Positions 18,955 to 28,218 of a DNA stretch of 64,000 nucleotides are shown piece after piece. Position 1 is the first letter of the stretch, and every line of letters starts with the position of its first letter. Both the position numbers and the translations under genes were made by a program. Below the pieces are notes generated by a model. The model worked only from the letters and a program-made list of their open reading frames with translations. It ran no database searches and was not told the DNA's origin. The DNA is from Schwartzia sp. (in: firmicutes) (GTDB lineage: Bacteria > Bacillota > Negativicutes > Selenomonadales > Selenomonadaceae), in NCBI GenBank assembly GCA_052170475.1, contig JBQNAL010000010.1:680-64679 (forward strand). The letters are read 5' to 3'.

Positions 18955-19989
18955 TTATGGATAGAGCGGAGCTGCGTCAAGTCCCAAGCGCTCCGAAAAT
19001 CCACCGGCGAGATTAAAATTCTGCACCGCCTGTCCCGCCGCCCCCTTCACCAAATTGTCAATGGCGGAGAACACGAGGACGCGGTGGGTACGCGGATCGA
19101 CATGCCAGCCTAAATCGCAGAAATTCGACCCGCGCACGAACTTCGTTTCCGGGTACGCCCCGCGTCCTCGCAAGCGGACGAAAAACTCCTCGCCATACAA
19201 TGCGTGAAACGCCTCATCCACCATCGCCGCCGTGACGCCCGCTTTCAAAGACGCATAGGAGGTACTCAATATCCCACGCGCCATGGGGACTAAGTGGGGC
19301 GTGAAATTCAGCGTCACCGCCTCCTGCCCCATATCCGTCAACGCCTGCTCGATCTCCGGCGTATGGCGGTGATTCGTCGCGCCGTAGCCCTTGAAATTCT
19401 CGTACATCTCCGGGAAATGGTTCGGCAGCGTCGCCGTCCGCCCCGCCCCGGACACGCCGGACTTCGCATCAATGACGATGCTGGAAAGCTCGATGAGCCG
19501 CGCCTTCACCAGCGGCGCCAAAGCCAAGATGCTGGCCGTCGTGTAGCATCCCGCATTGCCGATGATCCGCGCCCCTCGTATCTCTTCGCGGTAAAGCTCC
19601 GAAAGCCCGTAGGCTCGATCCGCATCGGGATCCGTATGCTTCACCTTGTACCACGCTTCATACACCGCCGTATCGTGAAAGCGGTAATCCGCCCCCAGAT
19701 CAATGAGCCGAACGGGCTGATGGCGAAGCTTTCGACCGATTTCCATGGCATGTCCCGCCGGAAGACAAAGGAAAATAAAATCGCTGTCCGCCCCGATGTC
19801 CTCTACGTTCTCCATACTTTCCAGCCGCTTCTCCAATCGCCCTGAAAAGTGCGGATAGACCTCCGACAGACGGCGATCCGTATAGCTCTCCGACGTGAGG
19901 TGGACGATCTCTGCCTCCCTATGCCCGACCAAGAGGCGCAACAGTTCCGCTCCGGCGTATCCCGTCGCCCCGATGACGCTCACTTTCAT
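18955..19989 (-). CDS. argC: N-acetyl-gamma-glutamyl-phosphate reductase
   Basis: MKVSVIGATGYAGAEL Rossmann N-terminus and the active-site GNAGCYTT. Confidence 0.93.
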   Translation of the reverse strand: MKVSVIGATGYAGAELLRLLVGHREAEIVHLTSESYTDRRLSEVYPHFSGRLEKRLESMENVEDIGADSDFIFLCLPAGHAMEIGRKLRHQPVRLIDLGADYRFHDTAVYEAWYKVKHTDPDADRAYGLSELYREEIRGARIIGNAGCYTTASILALAPLVKARLIELSSIVIDAKSGVSGAGRTATLPNHFPEMYENFKGYGATNHRHTPEIEQALTDMGQEAVTLNFTPHLVPMARGILSTSYASLKAGVTAAMVDEAFHALYGEEFFVRLRGRGAYPETKFVRGSNFCDLGWHVDPRTHRVLVFSAIDNLVKGAAGQAVQNFNLAGGFSERLGLDAAPLYP

Positions 19990-20021
19990 CGCCCTGTCTC
20001 CCTTCCTGTATAATGTTCATA

Positions 20022-20053
20022 ATTATACGATAGTAGCGCATAAAAATGCAATA
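20022..20053 (-). promoter_or_regulatory. putative arg operon promoter with one overlapping ARG-box-like operator
   Basis: On the minus strand, TTGCAT (20051..20046), 18 nt, then TATAAT (20027..20022). The sequence agcgcataaaaatgcaat (20036..20053) matches 14/18 of the AhrC-type consensus CATGAATAAAAATKCAAK as I recall it. Confidence 0.4.
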
Positions 20054-20105
20054 GGGTGTGAAAAATTTTTCTTCGCAGAAAAAAGCCACCCCGCAGGATG
20101 CGCCC

Positions 20106-20166
20106 CTGAAAAAGAAAAGCCCTTGTATGTGACTTTCTTTCATGCCAAACACATACAAAGGCTTTT
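20106..20166 (-). terminator. rho-independent terminator of pncB
   Basis: 17-bp stem aaaagcccttgtatgtg (20115..20131) / cacatacaaaggctttt (20150..20166), with a T-run on the minus strand. Confidence 0.8.
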
Positions 20167-20218
20167 CCTGCTCCATGGCGCCGGATCGCGAAAACATCCG
20201 CCCTCTCCTGCGCACACC

Positions 20219-21670
20219 TCAAATCTCACAGCTGAGCATCTGCATTTTCATACGGTAATAGTCTGGGGTCATATCCCGAAAATGTTTGTGGGGATTTTCA
20301 AAGCGCTGTTCTTCCTCCCAAATCTCCGTAGCCAGCTGCTTTTTGACGTAGGCGGCGATCTCCTGCACCGATGTTGGCGGCTTTGTCCGCCGCCCCCCTG
20401 CCATGACAAGCTGCTGCAGCTTTCGCGCCGTGCAGTTTTCAAAGTGGCGCACCTTCCACGGGCGATCCGTATCAATAAATTCGTCCGGGTGTTGGAGGTC
20501 GATGCTCTCCCCCTTCTTGGCGATGAGTTCCGCCACCGCCCGACCATTGGCATCGTAAATGCGATAGACCTCTTTCAGCCCCGGATCCGTCACCTTCTCA
20601 ATGACCTCAGAAACCTTGATCCGCGGCTCCATCCGACCATCTTCCTCTACGGCGCACATCTTGTACACAGCGCCAAAGACGGGATCCGTTTTCGACGTAA
20701 TCATCCGTTCCCCCACGCCAAACGCATCCACCTTGCCCCCTTGGCTCAGGATCGACGTGATGGTGTACTCATCGAGGCTGTTGGAAATGACGATCTTCGC
20801 GTCGGTGAATCCCGCTTCATCGAGGCGGCGGCGGGCGGTCTTCGTCAAGTAGGACAAGTCGCCGCTGTCGATGCGGATCCCGTAATTTTTCGATTGCGCC
20901 CCCTTCTCCCGCATCTCCTGAAACACTTCGATGGCATGAGGGAGGCCGGATTTTAAGACGTCGTACGTATCCACCAGCAGGATGCAATTATCCGGGTAGA
21001 GCACGGCAAACCGGCGAAACGCTTCCAATTCATCCTGATAGTACATGATCCAGCTGTGCGCCATCGTTCCGCCCACGGGGATGTCAAAGTACTGTCCGGC
21101 CGCCACCGTCGCCGTTCCGGCCACCCCCCCGATGTACGCCGCCCGCGCCCCATAGACCGCCGCGTCGTTATTGTGCGCCCGCCGCGCGCCAAAGTCGGAC
21201 ACCGCATGTCCCGCCGCCGCGCGCACGATACGCCGCGCCTTCGTGGCGATGAGGGACTGATGATTGATCTGCGCCAGCACCTCCGTCTCGATGAGCTGCG
21301 CCTCGATGAGATCCGCCACCACCGTCAGAATCGGCTCCTTGGGATACATCACCGTTCCCTCAGGAAAAGCGTACACATCCCCCGTGAAGCGAAAATGCGC
21401 CAAATAGTCGAGGAACCCCTCATCGAAGAGACCCAAATTCCGCAGATAGGCAATGTCTTCCGCTTCAAAATGCATGCTTTCCAAATACGCTAAAACCTGT
21501 TCCAGCCCGGCAAAAATGGAAAAGCCGCCGCCCTCGGGGTTCTTTCGGAAAAAGACATCGAACGCCACCTTTGGGCGCGTGGGGTGCTGCAAAAAATACC
21601 CATTCGCCATCGTCAGCTCGTAAAGATCCATCACCATACTGATATTTCGATGATTGCCATGCTGTGCCAT
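20219..21670 (-). CDS. pncB: nicotinate phosphoribosyltransferase
   Basis: 483 aa. MDLYELTMANGYF N-terminus and GGTMAHSWI, typical of Firmicute-type NAPRTase. GAGGAGGG RBS. Confidence 0.9.
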   Translation of the reverse strand: MAQHGNHRNISMVMDLYELTMANGYFLQHPTRPKVAFDVFFRKNPEGGGFSIFAGLEQVLAYLESMHFEAEDIAYLRNLGLFDEGFLDYLAHFRFTGDVYAFPEGTVMYPKEPILTVVADLIEAQLIETEVLAQINHQSLIATKARRIVRAAAGHAVSDFGARRAHNNDAAVYGARAAYIGGVAGTATVAAGQYFDIPVGGTMAHSWIMYYQDELEAFRRFAVLYPDNCILLVDTYDVLKSGLPHAIEVFQEMREKGAQSKNYGIRIDSGDLSYLTKTARRRLDEAGFTDAKIVISNSLDEYTITSILSQGGKVDAFGVGERMITSKTDPVFGAVYKMCAVEEDGRMEPRIKVSEVIEKVTDPGLKEVYRIYDANGRAVAELIAKKGESIDLQHPDEFIDTDRPWKVRHFENCTARKLQQLVMAGGRRTKPPTSVQEIAAYVKKQLATEIWEEEQRFENPHKHFRDMTPDYYRMKMQMLSCEI

Positions 21671-21712
21671 ATCGTGCCCTCCTCTGCCCCTGCGAGAAAC
21701 TTTTCCTGCTTC

Positions 21713-22330
21713 TCAATCATCCCTACGATACCCCCTGCCCGCGCCCCTGTCAAGAGTGTCCTGTTTCTCCGTCGCCTGCCGAAACATCAGGGTTTTCTCC
21801 CGTTTCAAAAGAAACTTCCTCGAATGTTTGAAGGCTTTTCGGTTCTCTTTGCCAAGCTTGCCCTGCACCTCCTTTCGAACCGTATCCAGTGCGTCATTTG
21901 CCATCCGAACGGCATGGAAATGGAACTTCTCTCCCACATTCCCTTTGAACTCGTCTATGGAGATGGCCTCATCGAGGGTGGAGGAGTCTGCGCTGATGAT
22001 GCGAAACCGGCGGGCTGCTGTCGTGGCGGAAATGGCGTGCTTTTCTGCGATGGCACAAGTGGAAATGAGCTGTGCATGCTCGAAGATGACCTCGGCAGCG
22101 TCGGAGAAGGGGATACGGCAATATCTGGCGATGAAGGGATGGTTCTCGGAGAATACTTTTTGGCAGTTGAGACAACGGTAGCGGCGTTTACGGTAGATGA
22201 TTTGTTTTCTCGTATGCAGCATGAGAGAGGTCTTGAGGGGCTGGCGGCGATAGTCGTGTGGATGCGGGAGGTCAGTTCGTGGCAGCGCGGGCAGGCATGG
22301 GATATTCTCCTTTCGATGTTGTTGTGGTGA
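21713..22330 (-). pseudogene. decayed ISL3-family transposase (frameshifted N-terminus, DDE core deleted)
   Basis: The zf-ISL3-like part is split over two frames: CPRCHELTSRIH, then DYRRQPLK...YRKRRYRCLNCQKVF. SIDEFKGN is joined almost directly to FHFHAVRMANDALDTVRKEV and KHSRKFLLKREKTL. The ~150 aa catalytic region between them is missing. Confidence 0.7.
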
Positions 22331-22380
22331 CTACATTGTAGCAGAATTTTCCGTGTCTTTTCCTATTGCACAAAAAATAA

Positions 22381-22415
22381 ATGTTGCGGCTGACATGTTC
22401 GTCATACCACAACAT
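22381..22415 (-). repeat. copy B of the 35-nt hairpin element (see 4286..4320)
   Basis: atgttgCggctgacatgttcgtcataccacaacat is 34/35 identical to copy A, in the same orientation, with a T-rich tract after it on the minus strand. Confidence 0.8.
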
Positions 22416-22469
22416 TTATTATAGAACAAAAGATGGCAGTGCTGAATCAGCGCTTCCCTACATTCCTCA

Positions 22470-22500
22470 TACAAAAGAGGCAGCCCATGAGGACTGCCTC
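22470..22500 (-). terminator. rho-independent terminator of ABC importer operon 1
   Basis: gaggcagcccatgaggactgcctc hairpin (22477..22500), followed on the minus strand by TTTTGT. Confidence 0.7.
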
Positions 22501-22558
22501 AGAAAGCGGTGATGAATTGGCTCCGACATTCTTTCGCCCTGTCGGGCAGCGCTCCCGA

Positions 22559-23506
22559 TCAGTCGGCAGCGAGGAAGCAGGCCAAGGTGTGTTCCGGGGC
22601 TACGGAGGAAAGAAGCGGTTTTTCCGTTCGGCAGCGATCAAGACGATAGGGGCATTCGTTCTTGAACGCGCAGCCGCCGGGGGTGAGATCCGGCGCGGGA
22701 AGCGCCGCGGCAGGGCAGGATTTCTCCGACGCATCGCGAAAGGCTGCGGACAGGAGTTTTTGCGTGTAGGGATGACGCGCTTTTCGAGCGAGGCGGGCGC
22801 TGGGCAGGATCTCCACGATTTCCCCCTGATAGAGGATCACCACGCGCTGGCAAAGATGCCCCACCAACGGCAGATCGTGGGAAATAAAGAGGTATGTCAT
22901 GCCCCGCTCTCGCTGGAGGCGGCGTAAAAGCTCCACGATGAGGGCCTGCACCGACACGTCGAGGGCGGAGGTCGGCTCGTCGCAGATGAGGAGCGATGGC
23001 AGCACGGATACCGCCCGGGCGATGGCGATGCGCTGCCGCTCCCCACCGCTCAAAAACGCCGGATAGCGATCCGCATACGCCTCGTCCAGCCCCATGGAGC
23101 GCAGGAGTTCCTGCGCTTTGGCGGCGCGATCAGCCGGGCGCGACAGGCCGAAATTCTCGCAGACCTCGGTGAGGTACGACCCGATCTTCATGTGAGGACT
23201 GATGGACTCGTCGGGGCTTTGAAACACCATCTGGATGTCGCGGTACATCTGCCGCAGGGCGCGACCGGTCAATGCGGTGATGTCCCGACCGCGAAAGAGG
23301 ATCTGCCCTTCTTCCACGGGAATGAAGTGCATGACGGCATTGGAAACCGTGCTCTTGCCGCTGCCGCTCTCTCCCACCAGCCCTACACATTCCCCTTCCT
23401 TTATATCAAAGGAAATACGGTGCAGCACCTCCTTTTTCCGGCGGCCCGTGCCGAAGGATACGACTAAATCCTTGATCTCCAAAAGGGGCGTGTTATTGTC
23501 CGGCAT
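22559..23506 (-). CDS. ABC transporter ATP-binding protein (OppF/NikE-like), importer 1
   Basis: Walker A GESGSGKST, signature LSGGERQR, Walker B LICDEPTSALD, and a Cys-containing Opp-type C-terminal extension. Confidence 0.9.
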   Translation of the reverse strand: MPDNNTPLLEIKDLVVSFGTGRRKKEVLHRISFDIKEGECVGLVGESGSGKSTVSNAVMHFIPVEEGQILFRGRDITALTGRALRQMYRDIQMVFQSPDESISPHMKIGSYLTEVCENFGLSRPADRAAKAQELLRSMGLDEAYADRYPAFLSGGERQRIAIARAVSVLPSLLICDEPTSALDVSVQALIVELLRRLQRERGMTYLFISHDLPLVGHLCQRVVILYQGEIVEILPSARLARKARHPYTQKLLSAAFRDASEKSCPAAALPAPDLTPGGCAFKNECPYRLDRCRTEKPLLSSVAPEHTLACFLAAD

Positions 23507-24467
23507 CCCACGTTTCCTCCTTTCGGCAGAGATGACAGGCGGCGTGATGGTCTTTGCCTACGGCCGCTAAGATTGGCGGGCGCGTCAGGCAAACCTCAGC
23601 GGCCCGGTCACAGCGGTTGGCGAAGATACAGCCCGGCGGCAGCGCCGCCAAATCAATGCGCCGCCCGTCGATCCCCTTGAGTTCTTTCTCTTCATCGAGG
23701 CGCGGGATGGAGGCGATCAGGGCCTCTGTATAGGGATGCTGCGGTGCGCCCATCACTTCCTCCGTCGCGCCGATCTCCACGATCTCCCCGGCGTACATAA
23801 CGGCAATGCGATCCGCCATGTAGGCGGACAGCATCATGTTGTGGGTGACGATGACAATGGCCGTCCCCATCTCCCGGTGGAGCGCCAATAGCTCTTCCAC
23901 CACCGCTTTCTGCACCGTCGCGTCGAGGGCGCTGGTGGGTTCGTCCGCCAAGAGGATCTTCGGTTCCAAGGCAAGCGCCATGGCGATGGACACGCGCTGC
24001 TTCATCCCCCCGCTCAGCTCAAAGGCATAGCCATCCAGCACGCGATCCACATCGCGCATATTGAGCTTGCGCAAAATCGCCGCCGCTTTTTCCCGCGCCG
24101 CTTTTCGCGTCAGATCCGTATGGTAGCAGATCGTTTCCTCAAACTGGGCGCCGATCTTTCGCACCGGGTTCAGCGTCGCCCCGGGCGACTGAAAGACCAG
24201 CGAAATATCCCGCCCGCGGATGGCCGCCAGCTCCTTTTTCCCCATCGTGAGGAGATCCCGCCCCCGGTAAAGAATACGGCCCTGCCGCACGCTTCCAGCC
24301 CCCGGATAAGGGCCGATGAGGGATTTTAAGAGGGTGGATTTCCCGCTGCCGCTCTCGCCGACGATGGCGAGGACGCTCTTTTCCGCCACGTCGAAGCTCA
24401 CCTGACGCACGATATCGTATGTATAGCCGATGGAAACCTTGTCCACGGTCAAAAGCTCTTCCGTCAT
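23493..24467 (-). CDS. ABC transporter ATP-binding protein (OppD/NikD-like), importer 1
   Basis: GESGSGKST, LSGGMKQR, LLADEPTSALD. I chose ATG 24467 (MTEELL), which has an AAGGAGGGG RBS. Confidence 0.9.
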   Translation of the reverse strand: MTEELLTVDKVSIGYTYDIVRQVSFDVAEKSVLAIVGESGSGKSTLLKSLIGPYPGAGSVRQGRILYRGRDLLTMGKKELAAIRGRDISLVFQSPGATLNPVRKIGAQFEETICYHTDLTRKAAREKAAAILRKLNMRDVDRVLDGYAFELSGGMKQRVSIAMALALEPKILLADEPTSALDATVQKAVVEELLALHREMGTAIVIVTHNMMLSAYMADRIAVMYAGEIVEIGATEEVMGAPQHPYTEALIASIPRLDEEKELKGIDGRRIDLAALPPGCIFANRCDRAAEVCLTRPPILAAVGKDHHAACHLCRKEETWDAGQ

Positions 24468-24501
24468 GCCCACGCCCCTCCTTTCTTTCGCCCGCCGCAC
24501 C

Positions 24502-25338
24502 TCATTGTCCGCCCTCCGAGCGCGAAGGATCTAACACGTCCCGTAGGGCGTCGCTCAAGAGTTGGAACAAAATCACGATGACGAACACCGTGAGACAGGG
24601 GAAAAACATCATCCACGGCGCGATCTGCATTTTTGACTTGGCCTCGCTGAGCATGAGGCCGAGTTCCGGCTCCGGCGGCTGCGCCCCCATCCCCAGATAC
24701 GTCAAGGCGCAGAAGCTGATCAGGGTGCTGCCGATCTCAATCGCGGCGACGATGACAAGCTGCTGGGCAATGTTGGGCAGAATGTAGCGCCGCATGATCT
24801 GAAAGGTCGTAAGACCCGCCGCCTTCGCCGAGCGCAGGTACTCCTTCTCCTTGACGGTGAGGACGAGTCCCCGGCTGAGGCGGGCGAAGATCAGCCACCC
24901 CGGCAGGATCAGTGCGATGGCCGTATTTCCCCAGCCAACGCCGAGGACGCCGACCACGGCGATACTGAACACCATGCCGGGAAACGCCAAAAACATATCG
25001 GTGAGCCGCATGATACAGTCGTCCACCCGCCCCCCGAAATACCCGGAAACGATCCCCGCCGTCGTGCCGATCGCGAGGCTGATCCCGACGATGAGGAGCG
25101 ACATGAAGAGCGACGAGCGCATCCCGTACAAGATGCGGGAAAACACGCACCGGCCGAAATCATCGGTGCCGAAGGGAAACGCCGCGCTTGGCCCCTGAAG
25201 CGCGAGGTCGTGCTGAATCTTAAGGGGATCGTGGGGCGCGATCTCCGCCGCGAAGAAGGAAATCAGGATTAAAACGGTCAAGAGCAGCAAAAAGACACCG
25301 CACAACACCTTGGGAAAATCTACCTTCCGTTTCATCAT
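24502..25338 (-). CDS. ABC transporter permease (OppC/NikC-like), importer 1
   Basis: Multi-TM protein with a BPD-transport EAA-type loop (RSAKAAGLTTFQIMRRYILPN). Confidence 0.88.
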   Translation of the reverse strand: MMKRKVDFPKVLCGVFLLLLTVLILISFFAAEIAPHDPLKIQHDLALQGPSAAFPFGTDDFGRCVFSRILYGMRSSLFMSLLIVGISLAIGTTAGIVSGYFGGRVDDCIMRLTDMFLAFPGMVFSIAVVGVLGVGWGNTAIALILPGWLIFARLSRGLVLTVKEKEYLRSAKAAGLTTFQIMRRYILPNIAQQLVIVAAIEIGSTLISFCALTYLGMGAQPPEPELGLMLSEAKSKMQIAPWMMFFPCLTVFVIVILFQLLSDALRDVLDPSRSEGGQ

Positions 25339-25342
25339 CCGC

Positions 25343-26275
25343 TCAGCTCCTGCTTCTAATCCGTGGATCCAAGAACCCGTAGGACATATCCACCAAGAAA
25401 TTGATCCCGCAGTAAATGACGGCCATCAGGAGCGTGAAGCCCTGCACCAGCGGAAAATCCCGGTGCCGGACAGCCTCGACGATGAGCTTTCCCACGCCGG
25501 GCCAGACGAACATGATCTCGATGACCGCCGTTCCGCCCAAGAGCGCCCCGAAGGACAGACCCAAGAGCGTCACCACGGAGATGAGCGACCCGCGCAGGAC
25601 GTGGCGGATGAGGACGATGCGTTCGGGCAGCCCGCGCGTTCGGGCCGCCGCCACATAGTCCTGCCCGATCTCGTCTAAGACCGCGCCGCGGATCTGCTTC
25701 GTGTACCGCCCCACCAGCCCCAAAGAGAGGGACAGCGTAGGAAGCACCAACCCCGCTATGCTTTCACTCCCCGATACCGGCAGCCATTTTAGTTCCAGCG
25801 AAAAGACGTAAATCAAAAGCAGGCCCAAGGCAAAGAGGGGCATGGCGGTGGCCAAAAAGGACGTCACCCGAATGATGTAATCGATGGCCCGATTGGCGTA
25901 GAGCGCCGTCACAATCCCCAGCGGCACGGAGAGCGCCACCGTCAGGAAAAACGCCGCCCCGGCCAATTTCAGCGTCGGCCCCAGCCCCTTGAGCAGCTCC
26001 TCCAGCACCGGGCGGCCGGTGCGGTACGACACCCCCAAATCTCCCGTCAACATGCCGGTGAAGCTATTGAAAAACTGCTGATATACCGGCAGATTAAGCC
26101 CCATCGCCTCCCGCGTCTCATGGAGCAGCTCGTCCGTGACGGGAATGCCCACCCCCGAGAGCTTGATGTAAGCCGGATCGCCGTTTGAAAGGTGCAGCAG
26201 CAAAAACACGATGACGCTGACCCCCAACAGAACGAGGATCATATTCAAAAATCGCTTCAGAATAAACTTTCCCAT
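25343..26275 (-). CDS. ABC transporter permease (OppB/NikB-like), importer 1
   Basis: MGKFILKRFLNMILVLLGVS N-terminus, typical of OppB/DppB/NikB. EAA loop AAARTRGLPERIVLIRHVLR. Confidence 0.88.
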   Translation of the reverse strand: MGKFILKRFLNMILVLLGVSVIVFLLLHLSNGDPAYIKLSGVGIPVTDELLHETREAMGLNLPVYQQFFNSFTGMLTGDLGVSYRTGRPVLEELLKGLGPTLKLAGAAFFLTVALSVPLGIVTALYANRAIDYIIRVTSFLATAMPLFALGLLLIYVFSLELKWLPVSGSESIAGLVLPTLSLSLGLVGRYTKQIRGAVLDEIGQDYVAAARTRGLPERIVLIRHVLRGSLISVVTLLGLSFGALLGGTAVIEIMFVWPGVGKLIVEAVRHRDFPLVQGFTLLMAVIYCGINFLVDMSYGFLDPRIRSRS

Positions 26276-26402
26276 ATCTCACTCCTGTCCCCGCTCGATC
26301 TTTTGGCCCCGCGGCTTTCATCGCACAAGCATATCGCCGAACACGTCCCTGAGGGCGTATCCGGCGATCTCGGCCTGTCAGCCCGCAGGGCGGCGGCGCG
26401 GC

Positions 26403-27992
26403 TTACTTGCTTTCGATGTCCACCTGATTGTCCATCACATAGTAATCGAAGGCATGGGCGTTGAAATTCTTGACCCGATGATTGGAAACGTAAAGATTTT
26501 CCGTGTACGCCAAGAAAATATTGGTGCGGGCATCCAAGATGCGCTGCTGCGCCTCAAAGGCCATCTGATCCTGCTTGCCGTAATCCGCTTCCGTCGGCAA
26601 TGCCCGGGCGATCTCCTCCACCCGCTCATCGTAGAAGTAGTTGTAGTAATTCTCGATAGCGTCCTTCACAAACGCCGTGCGCAGACCGGCCAAGGGCCGC
26701 GTATTGGTAGACGGCGAGAAGCTGGTGAAGCCGATGTCGTAATCCCCGGCCGTAAACTTCTCTCGCGGCAGCGTATCATAGGTGACGATCTTCGTCGCGA
26801 TGCCCAGCTTTTCAAAATCCGCCTGCATGGCCGTGGCAAAACTCGGGATCTCGGCGCGGGACGTATAGCAGGAGATGGTGAGCGTCACCGTCTCGCCGTC
26901 CTTTTCCAAATGACCGTCGCCGTTCTGATCCACATAGCCGTTATCGGCTAAGAGCTTCTTGGCGCCCGCCGGATCGAAGGCCGGATACTGAAGCTCCGCC
27001 GAGCGGTACGGCAGCGAAGTCGGGTAAAGGCACACGCCCTCGACGCCAACGCCGCCTAACACCGACTTGAGGTAATTCTTCTTGTCCGCCGCCATGATGA
27101 GGGCCGTCCGCAAATTTTTATCTTGGAGGAAACGGTTCTTCGTATTGAAGAAAACGTAGGTAGCCCGCATACTGGGGCAGCGGCTGACGGTGTACTTCGT
27201 TTTGTCCGCGAAAAGCTGGAGATTTTTGCTGTCGATGTTGATCGAAGCGTCAATATCACCCGATTGAAGCGACATCATGCGCGTATCGGGGTCGTTCAGA
27301 TAGCGGAAGATCGCTTCATCTAATTTCGCCCGTCCGCCCCAGTACTCGTCAAAGGCCGTGACCGTGACGGAAATATTCTCCGTGAAGTCTTTGACCTTAA
27401 ACGGCCCCGTTCCGGCGACGGTCTTGCGGAAGCCCTCCGCCCCCTCCGCTGCCTTCACGTCCACGATGGCGCAGTAGGGATCGCACAGCTCGTAGATGAG
27501 ATCGGGACGTGCCTCCTTCGTGCGAATGGTGAGCACCTGCCCCGCCGCTTCCATGGTATCAATGGAAAGATTGGCCGGGCCGCGCTTATTCGTAGCGACG
27601 GAGCGAGCCAGCGACGCCTTCACCGCCTCCGCCGTCATGGGCGTCCCGGTGTGGAACTTCACGCCGTCGCGCAGGGTGATCTTCCATGTATGCTCATCCA
27701 CCATCTCCCATTTCGTCGCCAGCCACGGCGTCAGCGCCATCTCATCGCTGACCCGCGCCAGCGTCTCGCCTAATCCGTAGCGCACCACGAACCAGCCGTC
27801 ATAATCCTTATGCGGATCGAGGGTCGTACTGAAGAGATTGACCCCCACCGTCATGACCTTCGCCGCCTTAGCGCCGGACGATCCCCCAGAGCCGGACGGC
27901 GCAGAGCCGCACCCGCTCAGCGCGAAGATAGCCGCCGCCAAGAGCGCCATCAGGCCAAACACATACCGCTTACTTTTCCCAAAACTTCTCAT
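26403..27992 (-). CDS. family-5 (peptide/nickel) ABC substrate-binding lipoprotein, importer 1
   Basis: Lipobox ALSGC. SBP_bac_5-like core. Clearly paralogous to the binding protein at 34017..35612 (VVRYGLGETLARV vs VMRYGVGETLSKF). Confidence 0.88.
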   Translation of the reverse strand: MRSFGKSKRYVFGLMALLAAAIFALSGCGSAPSGSGGSSGAKAAKVMTVGVNLFSTTLDPHKDYDGWFVVRYGLGETLARVSDEMALTPWLATKWEMVDEHTWKITLRDGVKFHTGTPMTAEAVKASLARSVATNKRGPANLSIDTMEAAGQVLTIRTKEARPDLIYELCDPYCAIVDVKAAEGAEGFRKTVAGTGPFKVKDFTENISVTVTAFDEYWGGRAKLDEAIFRYLNDPDTRMMSLQSGDIDASINIDSKNLQLFADKTKYTVSRCPSMRATYVFFNTKNRFLQDKNLRTALIMAADKKNYLKSVLGGVGVEGVCLYPTSLPYRSAELQYPAFDPAGAKKLLADNGYVDQNGDGHLEKDGETVTLTISCYTSRAEIPSFATAMQADFEKLGIATKIVTYDTLPREKFTAGDYDIGFTSFSPSTNTRPLAGLRTAFVKDAIENYYNYFYDERVEEIARALPTEADYGKQDQMAFEAQQRILDARTNIFLAYTENLYVSNHRVKNFNAHAFDYYVMDNQVDIESK

Positions 27993-28034
27993 TTCTTGAC
28001 CTCCTTAAAAATAGGTATCCTCTTTTACAGGAAC

Positions 28035-28056
28035 AAATGTTTCATGTGAAACATTT
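28035..28056. promoter_or_regulatory. perfect 10-2-10 palindrome in the leader of importer 1 (candidate operator)
   Basis: AAATGTTTCA-TG-TGAAACATTT, 42 nt upstream of the binding-protein start codon (27992) and upstream of its TAAGGAGG RBS. Confidence 0.5.
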
Positions 28057-28218
28057 AGGGAACCACTGATAAAATGAAGTCTCTTTGATTGGTGCAGATT
28101 TTTCATTCGATCAAGGAGATGAACCGGACGCATCGCAGGGCTATGCGGAGGATTGATCGACGCAGAGAGAGCGGAAAAGAGGCGCCAAGGTGGTAGTGCT
28201 GAATGTAGCAGTGGTTTC

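Noticed and set aside
20007-20029. Second ARG box (tgtataatgttcataattataca) next to the one at 20036..20053.
   Set aside because: It matches only about half of the consensus positions, and it largely coincides with the -10 region and its AT-rich surroundings. The evidence is not sufficient to call it.
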